Assembly: GCA_038496445.1 (NCBI GenBank)
Contig: JALMLS010000552.1
Span: 1 to 64,000, forward strand
DNA: 64,000 bases
Direction of reading: 5' to 3'
Source: Trichosphaerium sp. ATCC 40318
Lineage: Eukaryota; Protista; Tubulinea
The notes under the pieces: generated by a model
Told to the model about the DNA's origin: nothing
What the model saw: the letters and a program-made list of their open reading frames with translations, nothing else
Database searches by the model: none
Shown here: in pieces, positions 42,352-54,112 of the stretch
Layout: every line of letters begins with the position of its first letter
Numbering within the stretch: the first letter of the stretch is position 1
Made by a program: the position numbers and the translations under genes

Positions 42352-43713
42352 TTACTTTATTGATGTCTTGTCGTTACTTCTGTACCAATACAACATGGAT
42401 ACATTAAACATGTTTGAAAAGTATCCCATCCAGCTGTAAACAATTCTTTTAAGCATCCGCATAGGAAATGTAATTACATTGATTGAGGTTACCATTAATG
42501 AACCCTGTGCTTTTTCGTTATCTGACTTTTCAGTTTTCTCAGTGCCAAACCATTCGTCTGTGTTTTCATCAACATGTTCACTTACACGCCATTCTGTGCA
42601 TTGTGCTTGTCTATGTTCATATAATTTTCTGGGATCTTGAGTTAGTTGACCATCAACAAATATACTCTGCTCTTGTAGTTGTCCATTATCATGCCACAAT
42701 TTCCGCTCACCTTGTATTTTGCCATTGACAACGTGTCTGGCTAGTAGTCTGATTTGTCCATTTTCATACCATTCTTTGCATTCACCATGCAGTTTACCAT
42801 CAACAAACATGCCTTCTGATTTGAGTTGGCCATTGTCATACCACTCTTTGTATTTGCCATTTATTTTATCATCAGTATGTATGCCCTCTTTGGCAAGTTG
42901 TCCATTGGTGTACCAGACTTTGAATTTACCATGTATTTTACCATCAACAAACATGCCTTCTGATTTGAGTTGGCCGTTGTCATACCACTCTTTACATTCA
43001 CCATTTTGTTTATTATCGACCCACATGTATTGTTCTTTGAGTTGTCCATTTTCATACCACTCTTTACATTCACCATTTTGTTTATCATCAACAAACATGC
43101 CTTGTGCTTTGAGTTGTCCATCGGCATACCACTCTTTACATTCACCAATTAATTTACCATCAACCCACACATATTGTTCTTTGAGTTGTCCATTTTCATA
43201 CCACTCTTTGCCTTCGCCGTTTTGTTTATCATCAACAAACATATCTTGTTTGTGAAGTTGCCCATTTTCATACCATTCTTTGGATTCGCCATGTTTTTGA
43301 CCATCAACAAATATACTCTGCTCTTTTAGTTGTCCATTGTCATTCCACAATTTCACCTCGCCTTGTAATATGTCATTGACAAGTGTCGCTTGTAGTTGGA
43401 GTTGTCCATTGTCATACCATACTTTCTGCTCACTGTTTTTTTTGCCATCAACCATTGTCCATTGCATGTGGAGCTGCCCGTTTTCGTGCCAATGCGTACA
43501 AAGTCCATTCTTTACATACTCATGAGCCTGTACTACGCCACTTTTATACCATCTAATCCATTTTCCTTTTCTTTCTAACCTTTCTTCAAAGTGTGTATTG
43601 ATTGCTGCTCTTTTAGATAGCGTATGGAATTTTGTAAATGCATCAAGAGTGAAAGTGCAAATATACTCTTGAATCTCACAAGGAATATCCAATAATGTCA
43701 GAGAGTTAGACAT
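42352..43713 (-). CDS. F-box + MORN-variant repeat protein, intronless (~13 repeats)
   Basis: LLDIPCEIQEYIC start, then 23-aa GExKEWYxNGQLKxxxMxVDGK units. Confidence 0.9.
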   Translation of the reverse strand: MSNSLTLLDIPCEIQEYICTFTLDAFTKFHTLSKRAAINTHFEERLERKGKWIRWYKSGVVQAHEYVKNGLCTHWHENGQLHMQWTMVDGKKNSEQKVWYDNGQLQLQATLVNDILQGEVKLWNDNGQLKEQSIFVDGQKHGESKEWYENGQLHKQDMFVDDKQNGEGKEWYENGQLKEQYVWVDGKLIGECKEWYADGQLKAQGMFVDDKQNGECKEWYENGQLKEQYMWVDNKQNGECKEWYDNGQLKSEGMFVDGKIHGKFKVWYTNGQLAKEGIHTDDKINGKYKEWYDNGQLKSEGMFVDGKLHGECKEWYENGQIRLLARHVVNGKIQGERKLWHDNGQLQEQSIFVDGQLTQDPRKLYEHRQAQCTEWRVSEHVDENTDEWFGTEKTEKSDNEKAQGSLMVTSINVITFPMRMLKRIVYSWMGYFSNMFNVSMLYWYRSNDKTSIK

Positions 43714-45465
43714 CTTCTACTTGTTGGAGGCTACAACAAATTATTAGAGATATAACAAAGGATGTAAGACAAAAAGACTCAAGTTAAAGCTCTACAATCA
43801 AAAAAGGATTTTGTTTTCTTCAAAATAGTAACACGTGATCATATTACACTGTTCATGTGCTACGTTCAAGAAAACAATTCAAAAAATAGCAATTAAAGAG
43901 AGTTGGTATGAACACCTTTATGCACTTTGAAATTGACCAAGATTAACGATAAAAAAGATAAACGAATACCATTTTTTTTAGTTTGTCGTTATTCATAACT
44001 TGTAGTGCGTTTCACTCAAGTTGGGCGTTGAATTTTGGCTCAAGAAAAGCATTATTAATGAAGAAAAAAATAAAAATGCTAGTGTGGCTTTTCGCTTGTT
44101 TTTTTAACACATTGTCGCTCTCTATTCGCTGAAAACAGCACTCAAAAAAGAGGGAAACTATGCGCCAAACGATAGAGAGTGTTCTGTAGAACTCAGAGTG
44201 AGCATTTTTCGTGAACAAACCAAAAAAAGCAAGAGTGTATCAAAACCAGTTTTTTTTTTTTTTCGCGCCTCTGGGCTTAATTTGTGAAACGCACAATAGT
44301 CGTAATCCGGTTTGGAACTCTAAGTGTACCAAAAACGACCAAGAAGAGTCGCTTTTTTGCTACAACCAGCACGTTGGTCCGTCAAAAATAGAATAGAGCG
44401 AAAAGGAGCTTGTGTTAGGTTTTAGCGTACGTTTTAGATTATACTGCTTAGAATACGTCTGTAATACGTTTAATTGACAATGTAAGGAACTATAAGCGAT
44501 GTTTAGGCTAAAAAACGAGGAACAAAATAGCTTTCCGCGTTTTCTGCATTGTAGCGCGTCGGTTTGTAAAACCTTAAGCGCAGAGAAGCGCTAAATATGT
44601 TTTATGTGTTTTTGCGTACCTGTTGATTTATGCTTATCAGAAATGCTGTCTAGTACGTTCAATAATTAACCGAAGTACTGCAATAACAAATTTGACGAAG
44701 AAAACCAAACGAGAAGCTGAGTTCACCAATTTGATACAATAGCGCTTTGAAAAAAGAAGAAATTTCGCAAATTTCCAAAAAACCTTAGCATCTCCCAATG
44801 CAGTTCTTGCGCATTAACCAACAATACATTCATAAAGTCACTTGGATACCATTGTGCACATACGTATGTAACCAGAGAAAATCAATAAATGGGGAGTACT
44901 CATAATACGCCTCCAAAGCCTTTCTTTGCATGAATATTATGAATCCTGTTTGCGTTTCCGAATAAATAAAGACCAACAATCATCTATAATTAACATGCTT
45001 TAATTGGATACAAGCAGTAAAGTCGAAACTTCGAGAGCTTATTTTTTCTCCTGTTTTTTTTCTTGTCAAACATTTCCTGTCACCTTTTCGCAAACAAGTA
45101 CGTGTAATATCTATTGTAATGGTTGGGTTACACTATTGATGTAGTATTTAGCTCTTGGTTTATGTCACAGAATAAAATGTCAGTTGCAGTAGTTTAGTGT
45201 AATTAGTAAGGGGTACCCAATATGGAAAGTGTACTGTCCGAACATAAAATTACAAAATAAAAGTCAGTGTACACATTGCGACCACCGTAAACCCGCTACT
45301 GTGGTGCCTTGATTTGGAAAATAGATTCTAATATAAAACCAATCGATAGATATTACTTCTCACAAACGGATATGTCGTTAACTAGTTACTGCTTCTCAAA
45401 TTATTGATTTGCTTTGACATTCGTTCTATATTACAGCTCCTCAAGATACTCACATGAGTAGCGTG

Positions 45466-46806
45466 TTAGATGTGGCTGTCTTGATATTTGATAAACTTAA
45501 AACGTTCTGATGGTGTGAACCCAATCTCTTTCATAAGTTCACCTGTGATATCTTTCAAGTCAACGCACATACGATCTAACAATAATCCAAACTCTTGTGA
45601 TCTTGTTTTGCTAAACCCTGCTGACACCAATTTTGAAACCCATGAAGATTGTTTTTTGACATGAACATCTCTTCGGATGGATGTACTTTGATCGATGACT
45701 TGTTGATTGGCTGTTCATCCAATTGTTGAGTGTCGACTGTAATACTGATTGTTGAATGTTAAGTTTTGTGGTGTTGATTCACCATAGTTATCTCCACCTG
45801 TGACCAAGTTAAAGTCATGAGATATTGCCAAGTAATGATCTCGTTTATTGGCAAACTCAAGATATTTTCTAGGTAATTTTAATGGTTTGTTTGATGAGAA
45901 CGAATCAATCCATTTCCCTTCACCCCAACCAAACAAACAACCTTTGTCATCAATTGCAAATGATGTACGGACACCAGCATGGACAGATATGATGTTATTG
46001 AGTCCTTTGATGATACCCTGGCCATACACACGAAGAATGCCCAACCCAAGACACCCATGCCAATTGTTGTATCCAAAAGAAAATACTTGTCCTGACTTGA
46101 GGAGAACAAGTACATGATAAAGACCAATGGCAATGTCAGTGGCATCATCAATACTTGGAACACGTGAAATTGTCTTTGGATTCAAGAATAATGATTTATC
46201 TCCAGCTTCATGATCTGTTATTCCCCAGATATCTTTTGTTGTTCCCCAAAGAAAGACATGACCTGTTGATGTCATTGCTCCACTTACAAACCAACTAGTT
46301 TGAATTTTTTGAACATTTTGAAGATTTGGAATAACCGCTGGTGATGAAACTTTCCACTTGTCGAATGAATGACCCAATCCTTGATGTCTGTTGTATCCCC
46401 AAGAGTAGACATGACCAGATTGTGATAACGCCATGCTCACATTATAAGCAGTGACGTGAGTGATTTTGTTGAGATTTGGAACACGTGTTGGTGACGAAAC
46501 AGGTGACTCAAAGTGACCCAGACCCAATTGACCTTCTGAATTACTGCCCCATGCATACACAATACCGTTTGAATCAGCTGCAAGGCTATGAGACGATCCA
46601 GCAGCAATACAGACGATATTTATGAGTGACTGTATTGGTCTTGCGATAGAACTCTTTTCTTCGTCTGTATTACCCAATTGGCGGTAAAAGTTATCTCCCC
46701 ACGTGTATACAAAGCCATCGTCTGCGATTACCATTGAATGGTCTAAACCAGAGGCTAAACGGTTAACATATTGCAAATTAACCTCGTTTGATTGCGGCTC
46801 TGCCAT
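45466..46806 (-). CDS. RCC1-repeat beta-propeller protein with a disrupted SAM-like C-terminal extension
   Basis: GFVYTWGDNFYRQLG, IAAGSSHSLA and VYAWGSNSEGQLGLG. Beyond TGA 45715 the frame continues, and after a 1-nt slip reads MLDRMCVDLKDITGELMKEIGFTPSERFKFIKY. Confidence 0.8.
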
Positions 46807-48472
46807 AAACGCGTGATATGGTCATAAAAATTGTTGCCTTTGAAAAATAGTCACCTGAATTCATTTTTGGTGGGCAAATCTCACATGAAACATGTTTTTA
46901 CCAATGCTCTTTTTGCTTGTATCTCGGTATCCAAGTACCTTTGCAGCTGGTATTTTGGTGATAGTGGTAGGTAATGCCTCTTTAGATACAAGTTGTTTTT
47001 ATTTAACATTAATTTTTTTTTTAACAGTATCTCTAAGTTTACATGCTACGCTTCTTGCGCGCTTCTTACGCGCTACTTTCTTCGATTGATGACTTGCTTG
47101 ATTGTGATTCTTAATCTGTTTCCATAACACCACCATCAGCATTTGGGTTTGCATTTTTTAGTTGTTTCTCTAAGTCGGCAACACGTGTTTGTAATGTCTC
47201 AACTTTTTTCTGCAGATCAACTTCTTCTCTACAATTGACTGAGCTTCGCTTGTTTGTTGTATCTGAGTTTATTCTTAGGTTCATAGACATAGATCTATCG
47301 CTCTTGTCAAGTTCTTCATCTGTTTTTGTCATGTAATACAATCTTGGGCAAGCAAAGACATCATCGAAGTAAACAGTCCAAGAACAAGACACAAAGATCG
47401 AAGAATGAACGCAACCTCACGATCACTTGATCCAAACACCTTAACAATATTAATATGTGATAGATTAACGATGTATTCTGAATACGTACTTGAATGATGA
47501 TGATGAAAACGTGAGAGCGTAAACAGCGAATCCAATGGATCTAATAAAAAAGTCTACAACTAGTAGTTGGTTGTTCAAACTTAGTGTTCCTCTTACCTTG
47601 ATTCATTTTTTACACCCTTTAGTGTTTTCTATAGATCCAGTAAAGTATGTACATCAGAACACCAGCGTTGAAGGTAAATATGATGAAGAATACGGTGGTT
47701 TTCATCGACTATAGCAAAAGAAGATAGCTGATGCTTTGCTGTTTCAACAGCGTATTGAATGATGTATCCTGAGCTGTATCCAAGCATACCTGAATATTAT
47801 GATTAGTTAATAGAAAATGAGTATTGAGGTTGTACCATTGGCAGTTGGTGCTGCGCTGTATAACTCTTCATACTTTTGGCTGAAAATCAGAAGTGAAGTT
47901 TCACTGCCGTTGCTAGCATAGGATGTAACGAGGGTCTACAACAAACTTTGCCGCTTTATAACTATGGTACACGTATGTACGAAGATGACGCTACGCCTCA
48001 GCTACACTTTCATATCTGCGTTATTGTGGAGAAACTCAATAGTTGCTAGCAAGCTCTCCACAGCACTTGCAAAACAGATTCATAGACAACAGATAAAAAG
48101 ACCAAAAGAGCGACACGTTTGGTGATTAGAGAAGTATAAAGAATATTGTCCAACGGAGAAAACCAAAGAAGGGTGGCGCTATAAACCTATATACAACGTC
48201 CTCAACAGTGTTTCTTGTTGGTAACCATAAAAAACTTTTGCGGTTTCTTTTTTTTCCGTTATTTCCCCGTTTGTTTTGTAAAATCACGTGCCGTCTCACA
48301 TATCATAAATGACAATAACAACATTATTTAATACGCAATAAAGGAAGATTAATCTCGGAACATCTTTAGCAAAAACGTCACTTGAATCTTCTGGGTTTCG
48401 GCGTTTTATTTTCCCTATCTCAACATTTCTAAAGAACGTTCGAATATCATTCTCATACTACAACCAACAAAC

Positions 48473-49349
48473 ATGCAACGCCTCTTCTTAATAGTAGCTT
48501 TATTCGTCATTACAACTTTCGCCAGAGCAGGTGTACGTGTTGCTCATGCTTCACCTGATGCTCCTGCAGTTGATATCTTTGTAAGCTCGTATCCATCTAG
48601 CCCAGTACGTCTTTGTCTTCTGTTTCACATGGGTTCTTGTCAAAAAACTGACATCGCTTTTAGACCTTTACTGCACTTCCTTTCAAAGCCGTCACCACCC
48701 CATACGCTATGCTACCTGCTGGAACCTATGATGTAAAAGTAACACCAACTGGAGCCACTACACCTGTTGTCATTGACGCATCGTACGTGATTGTTTTTTT
48801 AAACGCATTGTTGAACCCCTTTACTAACGTTTCAAAAGCCTTTCTCTAAGTGACAACACTTACTACACTGTTGCTGCAGCTGGATTTTTGGCAGATATTG
48901 GTCCTTTAGTTTACGTTGATGATGTCACCCCAGCCTTGGTACATTGAAAACTGTGTAGCAAAATACTTACAGAAGTAGGGACAAGCTAAAGTTCGCTTCA
49001 TTCACCTTTCACCTGATGCTCCAGCTGTTGATGTTGCTGTTGTAAGCGGACCAACCATCTTTGCTAATGTAAACTTCAAAGAAGCTACTGACTATGGTAC
49101 CGTTCCGCCTGGAAGTTACAACCTTGTTGTCAGAGGTACTGAGCATAATTTAACAAAACAACTGAAAAAACTAATTTGGATGATTTAGTGAGCGCCAATC
49201 AAGCACCTGTTCTTAACCTACCTGGCGTGCGATTGCTTCCAAACCATGTGTACACAGTATTTGCAGAAGGATCTGCGGCTAACCCTACATATCCTCTATC
49301 CGCTGTATTTGCAGTTGACTACCCACAAACAGAGAGCAAAATTAACTAA
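48473..49349 (+). CDS. Secreted DUF4397-domain protein (two repeats, four introns)
   Basis: AGVRVAHASPDAPAVDIF, LPAGTYDVKVTPTGA, YYTVAAAG, AKVRFIHLSPDAPAVDVAV and VYTVFAEG. Confidence 0.85.
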
Positions 49350-49571
49350 TAAAAAATTTGTACTCATACATAATTGCACGTGCTTCATTTCCTATTGAGC
49401 AACAATTTCATTTCAATGTTCTCATGTCTCCTCTAAATTCCTTATATATGATGCTTTGAAAAAGTGTTACCATGATTGATAGTGAATGCTTTCACTAGTT
49501 CTAAAAACGGAAACAAAGGCACGTGTCTTAATTGTGTTTAAGCTGTGGTACTTCCAAAGGCTAGAACAACA

Positions 49572-50775
49572 ATGGCCTCTACACTCCCTCCTGAGATTAT
49601 TTTCAACATCATGAAATGGCGTAGCAGTCAGGAAACTATTTGGTCATGCAGGTAACGTACCTATACTAAAACAATGTTTAAAAACGTGCGAGGCTGGTCT
49701 GTTTACAATGGCGTGCTATATGTAACCTAGAACTACAGAAATTAACAGTGTCTGCTCCTGTTTTTACAATAAGAACGGTCTTTACTCTTAAACGCTTTAA
49801 AAACCTCAGGTGTCTCCGTTTCACAAGTAAGACAGACTCTTCTCTCGTGTTGAACAAAGAAGAACAATCTAACACCTAAATTAAAGGCAGTTATGATGAC
49901 GAGAACTTCTATCATCTGCTGTGGAGTGTAATATCAACATTGAAGAATCTCAAGAAATTAAAGCTTGTCAACTACCCTACGTCATTGAGAACCTGGAGAC
50001 GATTGATCGACTTGGATTTATCTCACTTATGCTTTAAACACAGCAAATGGAGAACAATTGTAATGAGGAATAGCAATATCTATCTTGTTTCTTTTAACAG
50101 TTCAAATTCTTATTGGTTTTTTGTTGCCACCTCTCAGAACGACTTAGTATTTTAGTCAAGTTATTGCTTGTACAGCTTTCTTTCTGTTGGTGGTAACAAG
50201 CAAAGAATAATTTGAACTGTTTGAGGAACAGTACTGTTGAAGTTGACTTACTTGTTATTTTTTAGAATAATCCAGTACATGAAGGAAAGAATGTTTTGAG
50301 CTGGTTTCATCAAGTATTACTTGGTGATATCAAATGGTGTACTTTATTAATACTAATCAGAGGAAGAGGAAATACTAAATTTATCGTTGGACAAAGATGT
50401 GTTGAAGATACAGATAAGTGTGATTGCCTACAGAAGTCAATACCAAAAGTACTCTCCCACTTATTATGTACTATTCATCTTCTTCATTTCAGAAAAAGTG
50501 CTGCTTGGTTGTACTTAGGCGACCAAAACAAAACGAATTAGTGGATGGTATGGTGAACTATACACCAACTTTGTTAATTTGGTAAGCAGAAAAAAAGAAG
50601 AAACAACATATGACTTTTGAGCTTATAAACAAAGGGCACCAAATGAAGCCAAAGCAAAGGACAAGATGTTAACTACACACTATGCAACGCTATTCAGCGG
50701 AATTCATAGAGTATTTGTTGCTGATTCACAAGAGCTGGACACAGCCATTGAAGATGTTACACAGTGTCAACAGTA
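49572..50775 (+). pseudogene. F-box (+LRR-like) gene, probably disrupted
   Basis: MASTLPPEIIFNIMKW..WSC|RLVCLQWRAIC F-box, then LKRFKNLRCL and LKNLKKLKL. Downstream frames could not be joined cleanly. Confidence 0.5.
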
Positions 50776-51259
50776 ACTCAAATAACTATTATACCCTTTT
50801 CATAAACTTGTTTCAAAGATTGATTAGTGTCAGCTTAAGAATTGCACTTTATTAATTTAAACATATGAACAGAGCGTGGGTGCCAAAGTAGCATAAGAAA
50901 CAACAATGCCATTACGACATTGTGATGATGGGCTGCATTTAGTATTTAGGCTTGTCACGCGACCATTTTATTTTACTTGGAAAAGAAAGTTGCTCGTTAC
51001 GGGTAGATACGCTTGTAATGGAACAACACATGGTCTCACCAGGAACCATCAATGTTGACATGAATTCGTCAAAGCTGGGAATGCATACTTATTTTGGAAC
51101 GAATTCGTACAAAGAAGTTCGGACGACTTTTCGTATACATCGCAGCATGGACTAACCTGTTTTAACGTGAAGCTTAGAGATTCTAAGGTTCAGTTGTGTT
51201 TACGTGAAATGTACGCGTAGTGGCAAGTACTAATTGGTATAATTCACTTCTAAACTAAG

Positions 51260-53856
51260 ATGAAGCACCTTTTCGTGTTTGCGATAACGTTTGGCATAGC
51301 CTGTGCACTAGTAGGACTAAAAAAACATGAAAAAAACTATGTAGTCGTTCCTACTCACATTGCATTCTATAAAACAACAACAAACGTTGGTGCGTTAGTG
51401 TTAAATACGTTTAGACGAAGTTCTAACCAAGAATAGCTACAAATTCGCTTGGTGGTCCATTTGGAGGACACAGGGTACGAAACTACGCCAACACTGGTGT
51501 TTTACAGTAGTTTGTTGACATTTTTGTATTTAGACTAAGATTGCTATCGATCATGTATCTAGAATGCATCCTGGTACCTCTTGGGAAGTAACAAGCGACT
51601 ACATCACTCAACACAATAACGTGGAACATGTTTATCTACGACAGATGATAAACAGTATCCCTGTAAGTAATTGCACCAGTTTCCGGCGACAAAGCTGAAA
51701 TTCACAGAATGTTGTCAAGCTTTGGGTGTAAAATTCGTTTCTAATTTTTTTTGAAGGTCACAAATGCTGTGGCTAATGTGAATATACGTGATGGCCATGT
51801 TCTAAGCATGGGAGCTACGGTGTTTAGCGGAGAAGCACCAGAGCTTCAAGCAACTGAAGTATCACATAAAGAAGTACTTGTTTGTTGTTGCACAAAGTCT
51901 CGGATTAATGTATTCGTCAACAACAGGCTTTCTTTCATATATTAAATCACTTGGAACGTATCGACAAAATCCAAGAAAAAATACCAGACATGGAGCTCGG
52001 ATACGTTATGCTTGAAGATAAAACTCTTGCTCTTTCTCATCATGTATGTTCTTTGTTTAATTATTACACATCTGGGGCCTCACATAGTTCTGTAGACGGT
52101 AGTTGATCTCCAAAGTGTTGGTTTGTTCCATATATTTGTAGACGTAACTTCAGGACATATTCATGCTTGCTATAACTGGGTCAAATACGAGGCACGATTG
52201 AACTTTTGTTCTCTCAATAAATTCCCTGCTAATATCGTAAAATAGAAAGAAAACGCAGCCATTTACCAGATAACTAACGCTGAGTACTCTGTGTTTACAT
52301 ACCCAGATCATTTAAATCCAAACCACGGTGTAGAACGTGTTGAAGTGTATGCACTTTTTTCTTTCTTTTTTCTCAGACACTAAATAACAATGTGTGTAGA
52401 TCTGATCCATGGACGAAATTCGGTCCCTTTGCAAGTCCTGATGGATGGCACTATATTAAGGTATAGTTTAATCTACTATACTTTGTAAATCACCAACTAA
52501 ATTACTACGTATAGGGTGAGATTACTGACTACCACGTGACTGTTGGCAACAATGTTTATGCACAAGAAAACCACAACGGGTATAGAGATTGGAAACTAAA
52601 CTACAGACCGGATGGTGGCCAACAAAAACATCTTAAGTTCGAATTCCCACTTGATCTAACTAAAGAGCCTTTCTTCTACGAAGATGCTAGTATTGTAAAT
52701 ATGTTCTATTGGAATAATGTTCTACATGACTTGTTTTTTGTAAGTGGTTTTGATGAAGCCGCTGGAAACTTCCAAGCCAGCAATTTCAACGGTAAAGGGT
52801 TAGGCAATGATGCTGTTATTGCTAAGTCTATTGACTCAACTTGTAAGAACAACGCTTACTTTTCTACTCCTCCTGATGGTACGTTCTTTCGAATCCAATT
52901 CTAAGAAAAATATGAGAATTAACTGCTATTTGTTGATAGGTCAGAGTGGTAAAATGGTTTTGTGTAAATGGGACAAAACAGAACCCCAGCGTGATGCTGC
53001 TCTTGATTCTCAAATCATGATTCACGAATACGGTCATGGTGTCTCAAATCGGTACGGTTTTTTTCCGTTGTCTGCAGTTATTTTCAATTGATATCATCTA
53101 GTCTCACTGGAGGTCCACAAGATGTGAACTGTTTAAACGCAGACTTACCATCCGGTATGGGAGAAGGTTGGAGTGATTGGTGGGCTATAATGCTAGCAAC
53201 AACAGTTGATGATGCTGCAGACACTGCGTTTGTTATTGGAGCTTATGGTAAGCGTTTACCCTTTTTATAGTTTGCTAACTAGCGTAGTTAATAATAATAA
53301 AACTGGTCTCCGTCCGTTCCCTTATGCTTACAATCTTACTGTAAATCCACAAAGCTACGTGATGACTTCATTGCCAGAATACCAAGAACCACACGCCAGA
53401 GGAAGTATTTGGGCCACAATTCTCTTCAGTGTTTACTGGGAGATGCGTATGGAGTACGGCTATGATCCTGACTGGGTGAATGGTACTGCTGGAAACAACA
53501 TGATATGGCAAAATGTCGTAGATGGTCTCAAGCACGTCCTTAAAACATTATTCTAACGAACTAAGACATACATAGAATGCAACCTTGCTCTCCGAATTTC
53601 GTTCAAGCCAGAGATGCTATAATCCATGCTGATGAAGTAAACCACAGTTTTGAACATGTTTGCACAATGTGGAAGGTATGAATATCATTTTTTATTTTAT
53701 CACGTGATGGTAGTCAACACCAGCTTGTGGTGTAATAAACCAGTGCTTATTCTTTGATAGGGTTTTGCAAGAAGAGGTTTAGGCGTAAAAGCATTCGCTA
53801 CTTCAGACCCTGTTAGAGAAGATTACAGCATCCCTGACAGATGTGGTCCTTTCTAG
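51260..53856 (+). CDS. M36 (fungalysin) metallopeptidase with FTP propeptide, many introns
   Basis: Signal peptide, VEHVYLRQ..|[42 protein letters not shown]|[21 protein letters not shown] and [14 protein letters not shown]. Confidence 0.95.
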
Positions 53857-54112
53857 TACAACAATAAATACCACATACAACATGCAGTAATTATGTTTGA
53901 CGTTCAGTTATCCTTTTGAGAAAAATATGAGATTTGTACCAGCTTGCAGTTAGTTCCTACAAGCATTAAACTACTCTTTGGAAGTGCCATGGATAGTTGA
54001 GTGGTTTTAGTGACAATACAGTCACTCCAGCACGTGGTCACAACTGGTAAACAAATTGGCTACAGTCAAAATGATACAAATGTATACTAATGTTACACGT
54101 GGCACCTTCTAG

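Noticed and set aside
42719-43255. Cys/Ser/Pro-rich repeat ORFs (also 11384-11821, 19510-20022)
   Set aside because: Antisense shadows of the MORN and LRR arrays.
47111-48090. Possible minus-strand gene
   Set aside because: Exon-like pieces with several stops and no recognisable domain; could not build a model.
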